A stretch of DNA of 24,000 nucleotides from Paracoccaceae bacterium (lineage in GTDB: Bacteria > Pseudomonadota > Alphaproteobacteria > Rhodobacterales > Rhodobacteraceae): contig JAZGFN010000011.1 in the NCBI GenBank assembly GCA_036479695.1, forward strand, positions 55,995 through 79,994, written 5' to 3'. Of this stretch, positions 15,810-24,000 are shown piece by piece. How positions within the stretch are numbered: the stretch's first letter is position 1; every line of letters begins with the position of its first letter. A program made the position numbers and the translations under genes. The notes under the pieces were generated by a model. The model was not told the DNA's origin and ran no database searches. It worked only from the letters and a program-made list of their open reading frames with translations.

Positions 15810-16643
15810 GTGTCGGATCGCGCATATTTCACCCCCAAAGGGGGCCTGCCTTCGCAAAATGCTCTTATGAGTGATCGTGCGGTATTCACCGAAAGCTACG
15901 CAGTCATTCCAAAGGGTGTGATGCGCGATATCGTCACCAGCCGCCTGCCCGGCTGGGCGCATACGCGCACATGGGTTTTGGCGCGGCCTCTAAGTGGTTT
16001 CGCTGAAACTTTCTCACAATATATCATGGAGCTTGCACCCGGTGGGGGCAGTGATACCCCTGAACCCAACCCCAATGCTGAGGGCGTGATTTTCGTAACC
16101 GACGGGGTGCTGGCCCTGACCCTCAACACCATTGAGCATGAAATGCAGCCCGGCGGCTATGCCTATATTCCACCCGGTGGCGCGTGGAGCGTTACAAACC
16201 CCAGTTCCGAAAATGTGACTTTCCACTGGATTCGCAAGTCCTACGAACAAGCCGATAGCATCGCTTTGCCCGAGGCTTTTGTGACGAATGAACAGGATAT
16301 CGCGCCTATTGCCATGCCGGGTACAGATGGCGCCTGGGCGACAACCCGCTTTGTTGATCCCGATGATATGCGCCATGATATGCACGTCAATATCGTAACT
16401 TTTCAGCCCGGCGGCACCATTCCATTTGCCGAAACCCATGTGATGGAACACGGGCTTTATATGCTGGAAGGCAAGGCCGTTTATCGCCTGAATTCCGACT
16501 GGGTCGAGGTTGAGGCCGGGGATTTCATCTGGCTGCGCGCCTTTTGCCCGCAAGCCTGTTATGCAGGTGGCCCGGGGCCATTTCGCTATCTTTTGTATAA
16601 GGATGTGAACCGGCACGCCCGTCTTGGCAGTTTTTTGAAATAG
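15810..16643 (+). CDS. allE: (S)-ureidoglycine aminohydrolase (bicupin, AllE/YlbA family)
   Basis: GTG 15810 is preceded by AAGGA. The C-terminal cupin DMHVNIVTFQPGGTIPFAETHVMEHGLYMLEGKAVYRLN...YKDVNR parallels E. coli AllE. Confidence 0.8.
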   Translation: MSDRAYFTPKGGLPSQNALMSDRAVFTESYAVIPKGVMRDIVTSRLPGWAHTRTWVLARPLSGFAETFSQYIMELAPGGGSDTPEPNPNAEGVIFVTDGVLALTLNTIEHEMQPGGYAYIPPGGAWSVTNPSSENVTFHWIRKSYEQADSIALPEAFVTNEQDIAPIAMPGTDGAWATTRFVDPDDMRHDMHVNIVTFQPGGTIPFAETHVMEHGLYMLEGKAVYRLNSDWVEVEAGDFIWLRAFCPQACYAGGPGPFRYLLYKDVNRHARLGSFLK

Positions 16644-17126
16644 ATGACCCCGCTGAAACCCAAACCGCTGACGGCTAAGGCTTTCGCACCGTTTGGCGAT
16701 GTGATCGCCTTACAAGACACACCTGATTTCATGATTAATAACGCCATGTGCGCACGTCACCACGATCTGGCGGACATGGATTTTGTGGATGGGCGTGCTG
16801 GCATCAGCCTGTTTCATGGCCAACCCTACGCGCTGCCCCTCACCCTTAAGATGATGGAGCGCCATCCGCTCGGCTCCCAAGCCTTTATCCCGCTGTCAGC
16901 CGAACCGTTTCTGGTGATCGTGGCCCCGGATGATGGGTATGCCCCGGCGACACCTTTGGTATTTTTGACAGATGGGGCACAGGGCGTGAATTATCACTGC
17001 AACATCTGGCACGGCGTGCTAACCCCGATAAAACAACCACAGGTATTTGTTGTGATCGATCGGATTGGTGGCGGGGATAACCTTGTCGAGCATCATTTTG
17101 ATACGGGTTTCAGCATCAATATCTAA
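16644..17126 (+). CDS. allA: ureidoglycolate lyase
   Basis: The ATG directly follows the allE TAG stop. AFAPFGDVI, ERHPLGSQAFIP and GVNYHCNIWH match AllA. Confidence 0.85.
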   Translation: MTPLKPKPLTAKAFAPFGDVIALQDTPDFMINNAMCARHHDLADMDFVDGRAGISLFHGQPYALPLTLKMMERHPLGSQAFIPLSAEPFLVIVAPDDGYAPATPLVFLTDGAQGVNYHCNIWHGVLTPIKQPQVFVVIDRIGGGDNLVEHHFDTGFSINI

Positions 17127-17325
17127 TGCCGAATTCGCGTGTTTATTGACGTAACGCAAGCCTTAGGATAGCTTGAACCCACCGGTTACGGCTCTTAAAA
17201 TCCGTTGAATTGCCACATATTTTGCGAAAAACACTGCCTTTTGGCTGAATCTTGATCAAATTTATTGACCAAACGGTTCACGAGGCCATAGCCTTAACCC
17301 AATGATAGTAATTCTGGAGGGAAGT

Positions 17326-18363
17326 ATGAATATCTTTATAAAATCCACCGCCATTGCACTATTGGCGAGCACAACCATAGCGCATGCTGGCGGGCTTGAT
17401 CGCTCGGGGCAAAAAATCGGAATTCTGTTTGAGGAGGGCACATACGGCGAGCTGTCTTTTGGCTATGTCATGCCCAAAATCGATGTGGCCGGGCCGCTCC
17501 CTGCCCTCAACTCACCTAATGTTGCCCAAAGCTATTTCGCGGGCGCGCTTAGCTATAAGGCTGATTACAGCAACACCGTATCCTGGGCCTTGATCATCGA
17601 TCAGCCCTATGGCGCTAATATCAGTTATGTTGGTGGCGGACTGAACGGCGCGTTTGCAGATGTTAATTCTGTCGCGATCACCGGGCTGGCTAAGTATAAA
17701 TTTACCGACAATATCAGCGTATACGGCGGGCTGCGCGCCCAGAATGTCGGGGCTGTGGTAGTGCCGCTGCCTGCTCCACGCACGTATCTCGCCAATACAT
17801 GGGGGTTTGGCTATGTTATCGGTGCCGCTTACGAGGTGCCCTCGATTGCCCTGCGCGCCGCCCTTACGTACCACTCAGAGATCACGCATAACATGGCCAC
17901 AACCGGCGGGCTGGGGGCAGGTACAACCACTGTCGTGACGCCCCAGGCCATCAGTCTGGATTTCCAGACCGGCATTATGGCTGACACCTTGCTTATGGCC
18001 TCGGTACGTTGGGCTGAATGGAAGAGAACAACCATCACGCCGCCGAATTTTCCGGGCAGTATTGTTGATATGACCAATTCAACCACCTATTCGATCGGTA
18101 TCGGGCGGCGGTTCTCGGATCAGATATCTGCCGCGCTCAGCATCGGCTATGAGGCCCCCAAAGGTGATCCCGTCAGCCCGCTTAGCCCGACGGATGGTTA
18201 CATCAGCGTCACCCTTGGCGGCAGCTATAAAACCGGCCCCTATAAGTTTACAGCCGGTGTCAGCTATGTGGTGCCGGGCAATGCAACCCTGACTGCCGGA
18301 CCATTCACCACCGCAAATAACAGTGCGATTGGTGTTGGCTTTAAGATCGGGCGCAGTTTTTAG
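17326..18363 (+). CDS. outer membrane transport protein, OmpP1/FadL/TodX family
   Basis: ATG 17326 is preceded by GGAGGG. Signal peptide ...STTIAHA|GG, alternating beta-strand pattern, C-terminal ...GFKIGRSF ending in Phe. The family call is from recollection of Rhodobacterales FadL-like proteins. Confidence 0.65.
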   Translation: MNIFIKSTAIALLASTTIAHAGGLDRSGQKIGILFEEGTYGELSFGYVMPKIDVAGPLPALNSPNVAQSYFAGALSYKADYSNTVSWALIIDQPYGANISYVGGGLNGAFADVNSVAITGLAKYKFTDNISVYGGLRAQNVGAVVVPLPAPRTYLANTWGFGYVIGAAYEVPSIALRAALTYHSEITHNMATTGGLGAGTTTVVTPQAISLDFQTGIMADTLLMASVRWAEWKRTTITPPNFPGSIVDMTNSTTYSIGIGRRFSDQISAALSIGYEAPKGDPVSPLSPTDGYISVTLGGSYKTGPYKFTAGVSYVVPGNATLTAGPFTTANNSAIGVGFKIGRSF

Positions 18364-18373
18364 GGCAGATGCG

Positions 18374-19552
18374 TTAAGCATTCAACTTTCTGGCGCTCAG
18401 ATTTTGCGCCAGAAAAAACAGGAACCCCACAAAGCACGATAAGCCTGCCATGCTCAGCCAAAGCGCCGTACCGCCAAATTGATGCAGCAAAAATCCCCCC
18501 GTCAGCGGCGCAAGGGAAAACCCGAAAGCACCGAATGCAGCGGCGCCAAAATAGCTGCCCTTAAGGTGCTCGGGCGCCATGCGGTCAACGATGATATTGA
18601 GGGTGGGCAACAAGATAACCTCGCCGATGCTCAGCAAAAACATCGAGATCAGAAAGCCTGCGCGCATATCAACCGGCGACAGCGTGAACCCGATGAACGC
18701 CACAATAAACAGCACGACACCAAGGGCCGCGCGGTGCATGGGCGCTATGTTTTCAAGCAATTTGAGCAGCGGAAACTGAAAGATCAAGACGGTCATGCCG
18801 TTAACAAAAATTAACAGGGCGTAAAACCCGACAATATCGGGAAAATCCACAACCCGCAGGTATTGCAGCAATCCCACGTCGATTTGTGCATAGGCGACAA
18901 ATGCCAACAGGGATGCCAATACAAACAGCAAAAAGGCATGATCACGGCCAAGAATACCAATAACCTGACTTATCGTGTGATCCTGCTGCATTTTTGCGTG
19001 TGTCAGCGGCGATTCTTTCCGAAACACCATACTGGCGGCTAAAAGGTAAATTCCGTAAGCCGCGGCAACCACAAAAAACGTGGTTTGCTGGCCAGTTAGC
19101 CCGATAGAAATCCCGACAAGCGGCCCAAATGCCGCCCCGATATTAAGGGAGAAATACCGCATATGCAGCGCCATATCCTTAACCGCACGATCTTTGAGCA
19201 TGTCCGTCATCAAGGCTTTGCCCGGGTTCTCAACCATGCCACGTGCGATTGACTGGACAATCATACCTGCCATTAACAAGACAGGCGACTGCGCCACACC
19301 AATGGTCAGCATTGCAAGGATGTTGATCACCAGCCCAAGCAGAATGATTTTGCGCCGCCCAAACTTGTCAGACAAATATCCAACATAAAACCCGACACTA
19401 ACCCCGATAAACGTCGGCAGCGCCAGAAAGGCCCCGATTTCAAACTCGTTCAGACCAAATTTTCGGTGCAGGATTATCGCCATAAACGGCCAAACCATGA
19501 AAAAAGCAAACCGGCTGATCAGGGTTGATATGATCACCAGCCACACGGTCAT
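18374..19552 (-). CDS. MFS transporter
   Basis: About 12 TM helices with MFS motif A GYLSDKFGRRKIIL. The first ATG is at 19552 (MTVWLVI); the ORF track extends to TTG 19570. Confidence 0.8.
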   Translation of the reverse strand: MTVWLVIISTLISRFAFFMVWPFMAIILHRKFGLNEFEIGAFLALPTFIGVSVGFYVGYLSDKFGRRKIILLGLVINILAMLTIGVAQSPVLLMAGMIVQSIARGMVENPGKALMTDMLKDRAVKDMALHMRYFSLNIGAAFGPLVGISIGLTGQQTTFFVVAAAYGIYLLAASMVFRKESPLTHAKMQQDHTISQVIGILGRDHAFLLFVLASLLAFVAYAQIDVGLLQYLRVVDFPDIVGFYALLIFVNGMTVLIFQFPLLKLLENIAPMHRAALGVVLFIVAFIGFTLSPVDMRAGFLISMFLLSIGEVILLPTLNIIVDRMAPEHLKGSYFGAAAFGAFGFSLAPLTGGFLLHQFGGTALWLSMAGLSCFVGFLFFLAQNLSARKLNA

Positions 19553-19589
19553 GTTGAATTTTTTTAGCAAGATAAATATATCAACGCCC

Positions 19590-19613
19590 CCCGCAAATAA
19601 TCCCGCAAATAAT
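19590..19613. repeat. perfect 12-bp tandem duplication cccgcaaataat x2
   Basis: Copies at 19590-19601 and 19602-19613, in the 5' region of the minus-strand MFS gene and just downstream of yqeY. Confidence 0.9.
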
Positions 19614-19622
19614 CAACGAGGC

Positions 19623-20075
19623 TTAGCCAAACATCGTCTTAATCGCCGCCCCTACCTTACCGAAATCCATGCGTCCGGTGTATTTGGCCTTAAGCGCCCC
19701 CATCACCTTGCCCATATCCCGAATAGAGCTGGCGCCGGTTTCATCGATCGCTGTTTTAATCGCGGCATTCACCTCAGCGTCTGACAATTGCTTGGGCAGG
19801 AATTCCTCTATCACCTTGATCTCGGCGCGTTCCCCCTCGCCCAGCTCAATACGCCCGGCTTCTTCATATATTTTGGCGCTGTCCAGACGTTGCTTGATCA
19901 TCTTGCCCATGATTGCCAGAATTTCACTGTCAGAGACCCCGTCCGGATTATCCTCGCTGCGCGCGTCAATATCACGGTCCTTGATCGCCGCATTAATCAG
20001 GCGCAACGTCGACAGGCGCAGCTTGGCCTTTTCACGCATCGCATCTTTCATCGCGTCAGACAGTCGCTTTCGCAT
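19623..20075 (-). CDS. yqeY: GatB/YqeY domain protein
   Basis: 150 aa. LSDAMKDAMREKAKLRLSTLRLINAAIKDRDI and a C-terminal ...GKVMGALKAKYTGRMDFGKV are typical of YqeY. Confidence 0.85.
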   Translation of the reverse strand: MRKRLSDAMKDAMREKAKLRLSTLRLINAAIKDRDIDARSEDNPDGVSDSEILAIMGKMIKQRLDSAKIYEEAGRIELGEGERAEIKVIEEFLPKQLSDAEVNAAIKTAIDETGASSIRDMGKVMGALKAKYTGRMDFGKVGAAIKTMFG

Positions 20076-20260
20076 ATATTTCGCCCTCCAAAGGCGGGGT
20101 TGTTAGCAGAATTGTATGAATATATAGGCTGCGCGCTTAATTAACAATACCCTATCGTCAGGTTAACTTATTGTTATATATGTATATTTTACTTTTTTAT
20201 CTCCCTTGACCTGCGCTACATTGCCCTCTACTTTCCGCCCGATCCCTAAGGAAATACCAG

Positions 20261-21442
20261 ATGCCACATGCCGCACCCTCCGAGCAGGCCCAAGCCCGCG
20301 CACCTGATGAACATGCCCATCCAACGGCAGCTTTGGTTCTGGCAGACGGGCAGGTGTTTTACGGGCATGGTTTTGGTGCTGAAGGGATCGCTGTGGCAGA
20401 GCTGTGTTTTAACACCGCCATGACCGGATATCAGGAGATTATGACCGATCCGTCCTATGCCGGGCAGGTTGTAACCTTTACGTTCCCCCATATCGGCAAT
20501 GTTGGTGTTAACCCCGAGGATGCCGAAAGCGCCGACCCTGTTGCCGCCGGAATTGTGGTTAAATGGAATCCCAGTCAGCCCTCAAATTACCGCGCCACAG
20601 AAACCCTGAACGCATGGATGCACAAACATGCGCGCATTGGTGTCGGCGGAATTGATACCCGCCGCCTGACCCGTGCTATTCGCATGCAAGGCGCACCGCA
20701 CGTTGCCATTCAGCACGCGGCTGACGGGGATTTTGATCTTGATGATCTGCTGGCGCGCGCCAAAGCGTTTGCTGGACTTGAGGGGGTGGATCTGGCCAAA
20801 GATGTCACCTGCGCGCAGTCTTATCAATGGGATGAAATGCGCTGGGCCTGGCCGGATGGTTATCCTAAACGCCGTGGCAAAGCCCATAAGGTTGTGGCGA
20901 TTGATTACGGGGCCAAACGCAATATCTTGCGCTGCCTGGCTTCGGCTGGATGTGACGTAACCGTGCTACCGGCCAGCGCCACGGCGGCCGATGTGCTTGC
21001 CCATAATCCTGACGGTGTGTTTTTATCAAACGGTCCCGGCGATCCGGTGGCTACGGGAAAATATGCCGTGCCCGCCATTCAGGGCATCCTCGCGGCCAAT
21101 ATCCCGGTTTTTGGCATCTGTCTGGGGCACCAAATGCTGGCGCTGGCGCTTGGGGCGAAAACCATAAAAATGAACCACGGGCATCACGGCGCCAACCATC
21201 CGGTTAAACATCTTAAAACCGGCAAGGTCGAGATCACCTCGATGAACCACGGGTTTGCCGTTGACGGCCAGTCCTTGCCTGAAAATGTTGTGGAAACACA
21301 TCTGTCGTTGTTTGATGGATCAAACTGTGGAATTCGCCTGAAAGGCCACCCGGTTTTTTCGGTGCAATACCACCCCGAAGCCAGTCCCGGACCCCAGGAT
21401 AGCTTTTATTTATTTGAAAGCTTTGCCGCCTCGATGGCTTAA
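20261..21442 (+). CDS. carA: carbamoyl-phosphate synthase small (glutaminase) subunit
   Basis: NTAMTGYQEIMTDPSYAGQVVTFTFPHIGNVG, the active-site GICLGHQ and the HPE triad region. AAGGA lies upstream of the ATG. Confidence 0.95.
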   Translation: MPHAAPSEQAQARAPDEHAHPTAALVLADGQVFYGHGFGAEGIAVAELCFNTAMTGYQEIMTDPSYAGQVVTFTFPHIGNVGVNPEDAESADPVAAGIVVKWNPSQPSNYRATETLNAWMHKHARIGVGGIDTRRLTRAIRMQGAPHVAIQHAADGDFDLDDLLARAKAFAGLEGVDLAKDVTCAQSYQWDEMRWAWPDGYPKRRGKAHKVVAIDYGAKRNILRCLASAGCDVTVLPASATAADVLAHNPDGVFLSNGPGDPVATGKYAVPAIQGILAANIPVFGICLGHQMLALALGAKTIKMNHGHHGANHPVKHLKTGKVEITSMNHGFAVDGQSLPENVVETHLSLFDGSNCGIRLKGHPVFSVQYHPEASPGPQDSFYLFESFAASMA

Positions 21443-21449
21443 CCTCCAC

Positions 21450-21476
21450 TTAACTTTCACTTAACGCCCATTTAAC
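21450..21476 (+). promoter_or_regulatory. two overlapping perfect CtrA-type boxes (TTAA-N7-TTAAC), i.e. TTAAC x3 at 11-bp phasing
   Basis: ttaaCTTTCACttaaCGCCCATttaac, with TTAAC at 21450, 21461 and 21472. It lies 42-68 nt upstream of the GT2 start codon. Confidence 0.5.
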
Positions 21477-21517
21477 TTTGATGTCGCACAAATAGCGCTC
21501 CTTTATCGAGTAGCGCC

Positions 21518-23272
21518 TTGTCCATTCATGTATCAAATACGCAAACAAATCCGCATCCATTATGGGTGCAGGACGCGCGTAATTTCTGGCCACAATCGGC
21601 AATCATCGATAAGCTTTCCAGTGGGTTACAGCATCCGTTTGATCTGGATAAAACACCACCCGACGACATGTTACTTGAGGGGCTGGACCCGCTGGCGCTG
21701 ATCGCGGCGCTAACGATTCCCTGGCGTAAAATCGGCGATGCTATTATTTATGCCTCAGCCGATCCTGATAATTTCACCCCCCCCGAAATCTTGCCCTTTG
21801 GCGCAGAGCGCAGCCATATCGTCTTTGCGCCGCGCAACCAGATTCACCGGGCAATCCGGCAGGCATTTAGCGATACCCTTCTTGCTATCGCCCATAACAG
21901 ATGCCCCGATGAGTTCAGTTGTAAAAGCCTGCGTATCAACCCCAAAAAACCTCTGTTCCTCCTTTCGGTTACATCCCTTGCGATTTCGGTATTTATGTTT
22001 GCTGAACAATGGCTTACCGCGGTTTTATTGTGGATTATCCTGATAAACGCCGCGACAACTATTTTGCGCATAAGTGCCGTGATGTCTTTGTGGAATCACA
22101 AACCTTCACCGGCATTTTTACCTGCAAACACAGCCCGTTTCGCCCCACCTGACAAACAGCCAACGGTCACGTTGCTGGTGCCCTTGTTTAAAGAAGATAA
22201 AATCCTGCCCCGATTGATTGAAAACCTCAAAGCGCTCGACTATCCCCCGGATCTACTTGAGATTATTTTGCTTTTGGAAGAACGCGACCCGATCACTGCC
22301 AAGGCCCTCGGCCGGCTTAATCTGCCATCGTATATTGTGCCGCTGACAATTCCAAAAGACACATTGCAAACCAAACCCAAAGCGATGAATTTCGCGCTGC
22401 CGTTTTGTCGCGGTGAAATCATCGGGGTTTATGACGCCGAGGATCGCCCGGCGCCAGACCAAATTCGCAAAGTCATCCGCCATTTTCTGGCGGCCCCTGC
22501 CAATGTCGCCTGCGTACAGGGGCAGCTTGATTTTTACAACAGCCGCAGCAACTGGATTGCGCGTTGTTTTACGATTGAATACGCGATGTGGTTTCGTGTG
22601 GTCATGAAAGGTGTGCAAAACCTTGGCCTGCCGATCCCGCTTGGCGGCACGACGCTATTTTTTCGCCATGATATTCTGAAAGAAATCGGCGGTTGGGACG
22701 CCTATAATGTGACCGAGGATGCGGATCTTGGCATGCGGCTCGCCCGTTTTGGCTATCGCTGTGAAATCGTTGAAACCACCACCCTGGAGGAGGCAAATAA
22801 CCGCCCCGTTCAATGGGTGCGCCAACGGTCGCGCTGGCTGAAAGGTTTTGCCATGACCTGGGCCACCCATATGCGCCACCCGCGGCGTTTATGGCGTGAA
22901 CTTGGCCCGGCCGGTTTCACGGGGTTCCAGATTTTGCTTTTGTCCGGCCTGACCTCACATCTGGCCATGCCCCTGTTTTTGGCACTTTGGGCGACATTTT
23001 TTGCATTTCCAATTCTGCCAATCGCCAATATCCCCCAACCCTTATGGCTGTTGTTTATTGCCACGATGATCAGCGCCGAGATAACCCTTTGGGCCGTCGC
23101 CCTGATCGCCACATGGGATAAAACCCGGCGCAATCTTATCCCTTATATTCTGGCGCTACCCTTCTATTGGCCCCTTGGCGCATTTGCCGCCTATAAGGCT
23201 ATGGCCGAGGTGATATTCGCACCGTTCTATTGGGATAAAACCAGCCACGGGCATTCGGATGAGGATCACTAA
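21518..23272 (+). CDS. membrane-embedded family 2 glycosyltransferase (processive synthase type) with T2SSE_N-like N-terminal region
   Basis: DAEDRP, TEDADLGMRLARFGYR and QRSRWLKGF (QxxRW) motifs. TM helices lie before and after the catalytic domain. The N-terminal LTIPWRKIGDAIIYASADPDNF resembles the second half of GspE-N domains. The start is TTG 21518 (uncertain); GTG 21566 is an alternative. Confidence 0.8.
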   Translation: MSIHVSNTQTNPHPLWVQDARNFWPQSAIIDKLSSGLQHPFDLDKTPPDDMLLEGLDPLALIAALTIPWRKIGDAIIYASADPDNFTPPEILPFGAERSHIVFAPRNQIHRAIRQAFSDTLLAIAHNRCPDEFSCKSLRINPKKPLFLLSVTSLAISVFMFAEQWLTAVLLWIILINAATTILRISAVMSLWNHKPSPAFLPANTARFAPPDKQPTVTLLVPLFKEDKILPRLIENLKALDYPPDLLEIILLLEERDPITAKALGRLNLPSYIVPLTIPKDTLQTKPKAMNFALPFCRGEIIGVYDAEDRPAPDQIRKVIRHFLAAPANVACVQGQLDFYNSRSNWIARCFTIEYAMWFRVVMKGVQNLGLPIPLGGTTLFFRHDILKEIGGWDAYNVTEDADLGMRLARFGYRCEIVETTTLEEANNRPVQWVRQRSRWLKGFAMTWATHMRHPRRLWRELGPAGFTGFQILLLSGLTSHLAMPLFLALWATFFAFPILPIANIPQPLWLLFIATMISAEITLWAVALIATWDKTRRNLIPYILALPFYWPLGAFAAYKAMAEVIFAPFYWDKTSHGHSDEDH

Positions 23273-23273
23273 A

Positions 23274-23912
23274 TCAAATACTGCCTGCATCCAGTTTCAG
23301 GCGCGTCTCATAGGCCTGCGATATATGATTTCGCAAGGCTTTACTGGCTGCCTCAGCATCGCGCGCCTCAATCGCGCTGACAATCGCCGCATGTTCCTGC
23401 AAGGCCACATTATCGCGCCCTTCAACGGCAAAAGTGGTGGTGGCCATCAGAGCCATCGTGCGATGCACCATCTCAAGTTGTTGGATTAAATAGCGATTAT
23501 GACTTGCCAGATGTAGCTGACGGTGAAAGCGTCGATTGGCCCGCGACAGTTTTTCCGGCGCACCCAGCAGCGCAAGATCCTGTTCCACCATTTCACGTAA
23601 CACCCGAACCTCTTCGGGGGCGGCATGTTGTGCGGCCAACCTTGCGGCCAGCCCCTCCAATTCAACCCGCACTACATATAATTCGCCAAGCTGATCATGA
23701 TTAAGCGAAGAAACCACCATTGAACGCCCATCGCGCACCAGCACCGACTGGGTTTCCAGACGCTGCAAAGCCTCGCGAATCGGCGTGCGCGAAACACCAA
23801 AGCGTTCCGCCAGTTCTGATTCTACCAAACGGTCCCCAGGCAGATAGGTGCCTGCATCTATCGCCTCAAGAACCAGCGAGTAAGCGTCTGTATTAGCAAG
23901 CGGATTGCGCAT
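23274..23912 (-). CDS. GntR-family transcriptional regulator (FadR/FCD subfamily)
   Basis: ATG 23912 is preceded by a perfect AGGAGG. The HTH is LPGDRLVESELAERFGVSRTPIREALQRLE, followed by a helical FCD-like C-terminal domain. I rejected the longer 23975 start. Confidence 0.85.
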   Translation of the reverse strand: MRNPLANTDAYSLVLEAIDAGTYLPGDRLVESELAERFGVSRTPIREALQRLETQSVLVRDGRSMVVSSLNHDQLGELYVVRVELEGLAARLAAQHAAPEEVRVLREMVEQDLALLGAPEKLSRANRRFHRQLHLASHNRYLIQQLEMVHRTMALMATTTFAVEGRDNVALQEHAAIVSAIEARDAEAASKALRNHISQAYETRLKLDAGSI

Positions 23913-24000
23913 GATACCTCCTGTTGTTGGGCAAATATTACCGCGCGCCTGTGAAAAGTCGAGCGTTTTTGCCAAAGCCGTTGCACATGCCCAGAACCCG

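Noticed and set aside
15029-16616. Long shadow ORFs opposite the yhfX-like gene (15029-15655, 208 aa) and allE (16014-16616, 200 aa). There are similar ones at 2522-3163, 11428-11958 and 8590-9033.
   Set aside because: They lie opposite genes with strong family matches, have Arg/Gly/His/Pro-rich compositions, and resemble no family I recognise.
18390-18419. A hairpin ctggcgc-N9-gcgccag followed by an A-run, just after the OMP gene stop
   Set aside because: It lies inside the 3' coding end of the convergent MFS gene. The homopolymer is on the wrong side for a canonical terminator on either strand.
20116-20177. A possible ARG box (tatgaatatataggctgc) and an 8-bp inverted repeat taacaata/tattgtta upstream of carA
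   Set aside because: Only the left half matches the TNTGAATWWWWATTCANW consensus. The inverted repeat is short, AT-rich and widely spaced (19 nt), so it is within chance expectation for this AT-rich spacer.
1-24000. A search of the whole window for CRISPR arrays, IS elements or transposases, integrases, rRNA genes, and known defence or secretion gene clusters
   Set aside because: I saw no regularly spaced repeat arrays, no transposase- or integrase-like ORFs, and no large ATPase, nuclease or reverse-transcriptase ORFs on either strand. The only RNA gene recognised is tRNA-Leu.

Overview
This window looks like a chromosomal segment of roughly 50% GC, probably from an alphaproteobacterium. That assignment is inference, based on gene content (a yqeY-carA divergent pair, an NDUFAF6-like SQS/PSY protein) and CtrA-type TTAA-N7-TTAAC boxes. 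Most of it is housekeeping or core metabolism. Left to right: an orphan FliM-like gene abutting tRNA-Leu(CAA); yqaA-dsbB; an HNH protein; an esterase-alkA pair; an MFS transporter; a tightly coupled minus-strand operon (cysS-cimA-methyltransferase-SQS/PSY-like); a group II PLP decarboxylase; a YhfX-like PLP enzyme divergent from allE-allA (ureidoglycine and ureidoglycolate steps); a FadL-type outer membrane protein; a second MFS transporter; yqeY; carA; a membrane GT2 polysaccharide synthase; and a GntR regulator. I found no CRISPR array, IS element, integrase or recognisable defence system. The clearest accessory feature is a ~1.6 kb insertion in the 3' end of the decarboxylase gene. It is bounded by two diverged copies of the gene tail and carries a frameshifted VasI/TagO-like secreted protein gene and a HigBA-like toxin-antitoxin pair, but no recombinase. 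Other signals worth follow-up are a 22-bp perfect palindrome core present at two distant intergenic sites with patchy collinear flanking similarity, three TTAAC motifs phased at 11 bp (two overlapping perfect CtrA boxes) upstream of the GT2 synthase, and the orphan FliM-like gene ending 1 nt from the tRNA. All family assignments come from reading the translations by eye; no searches were run.
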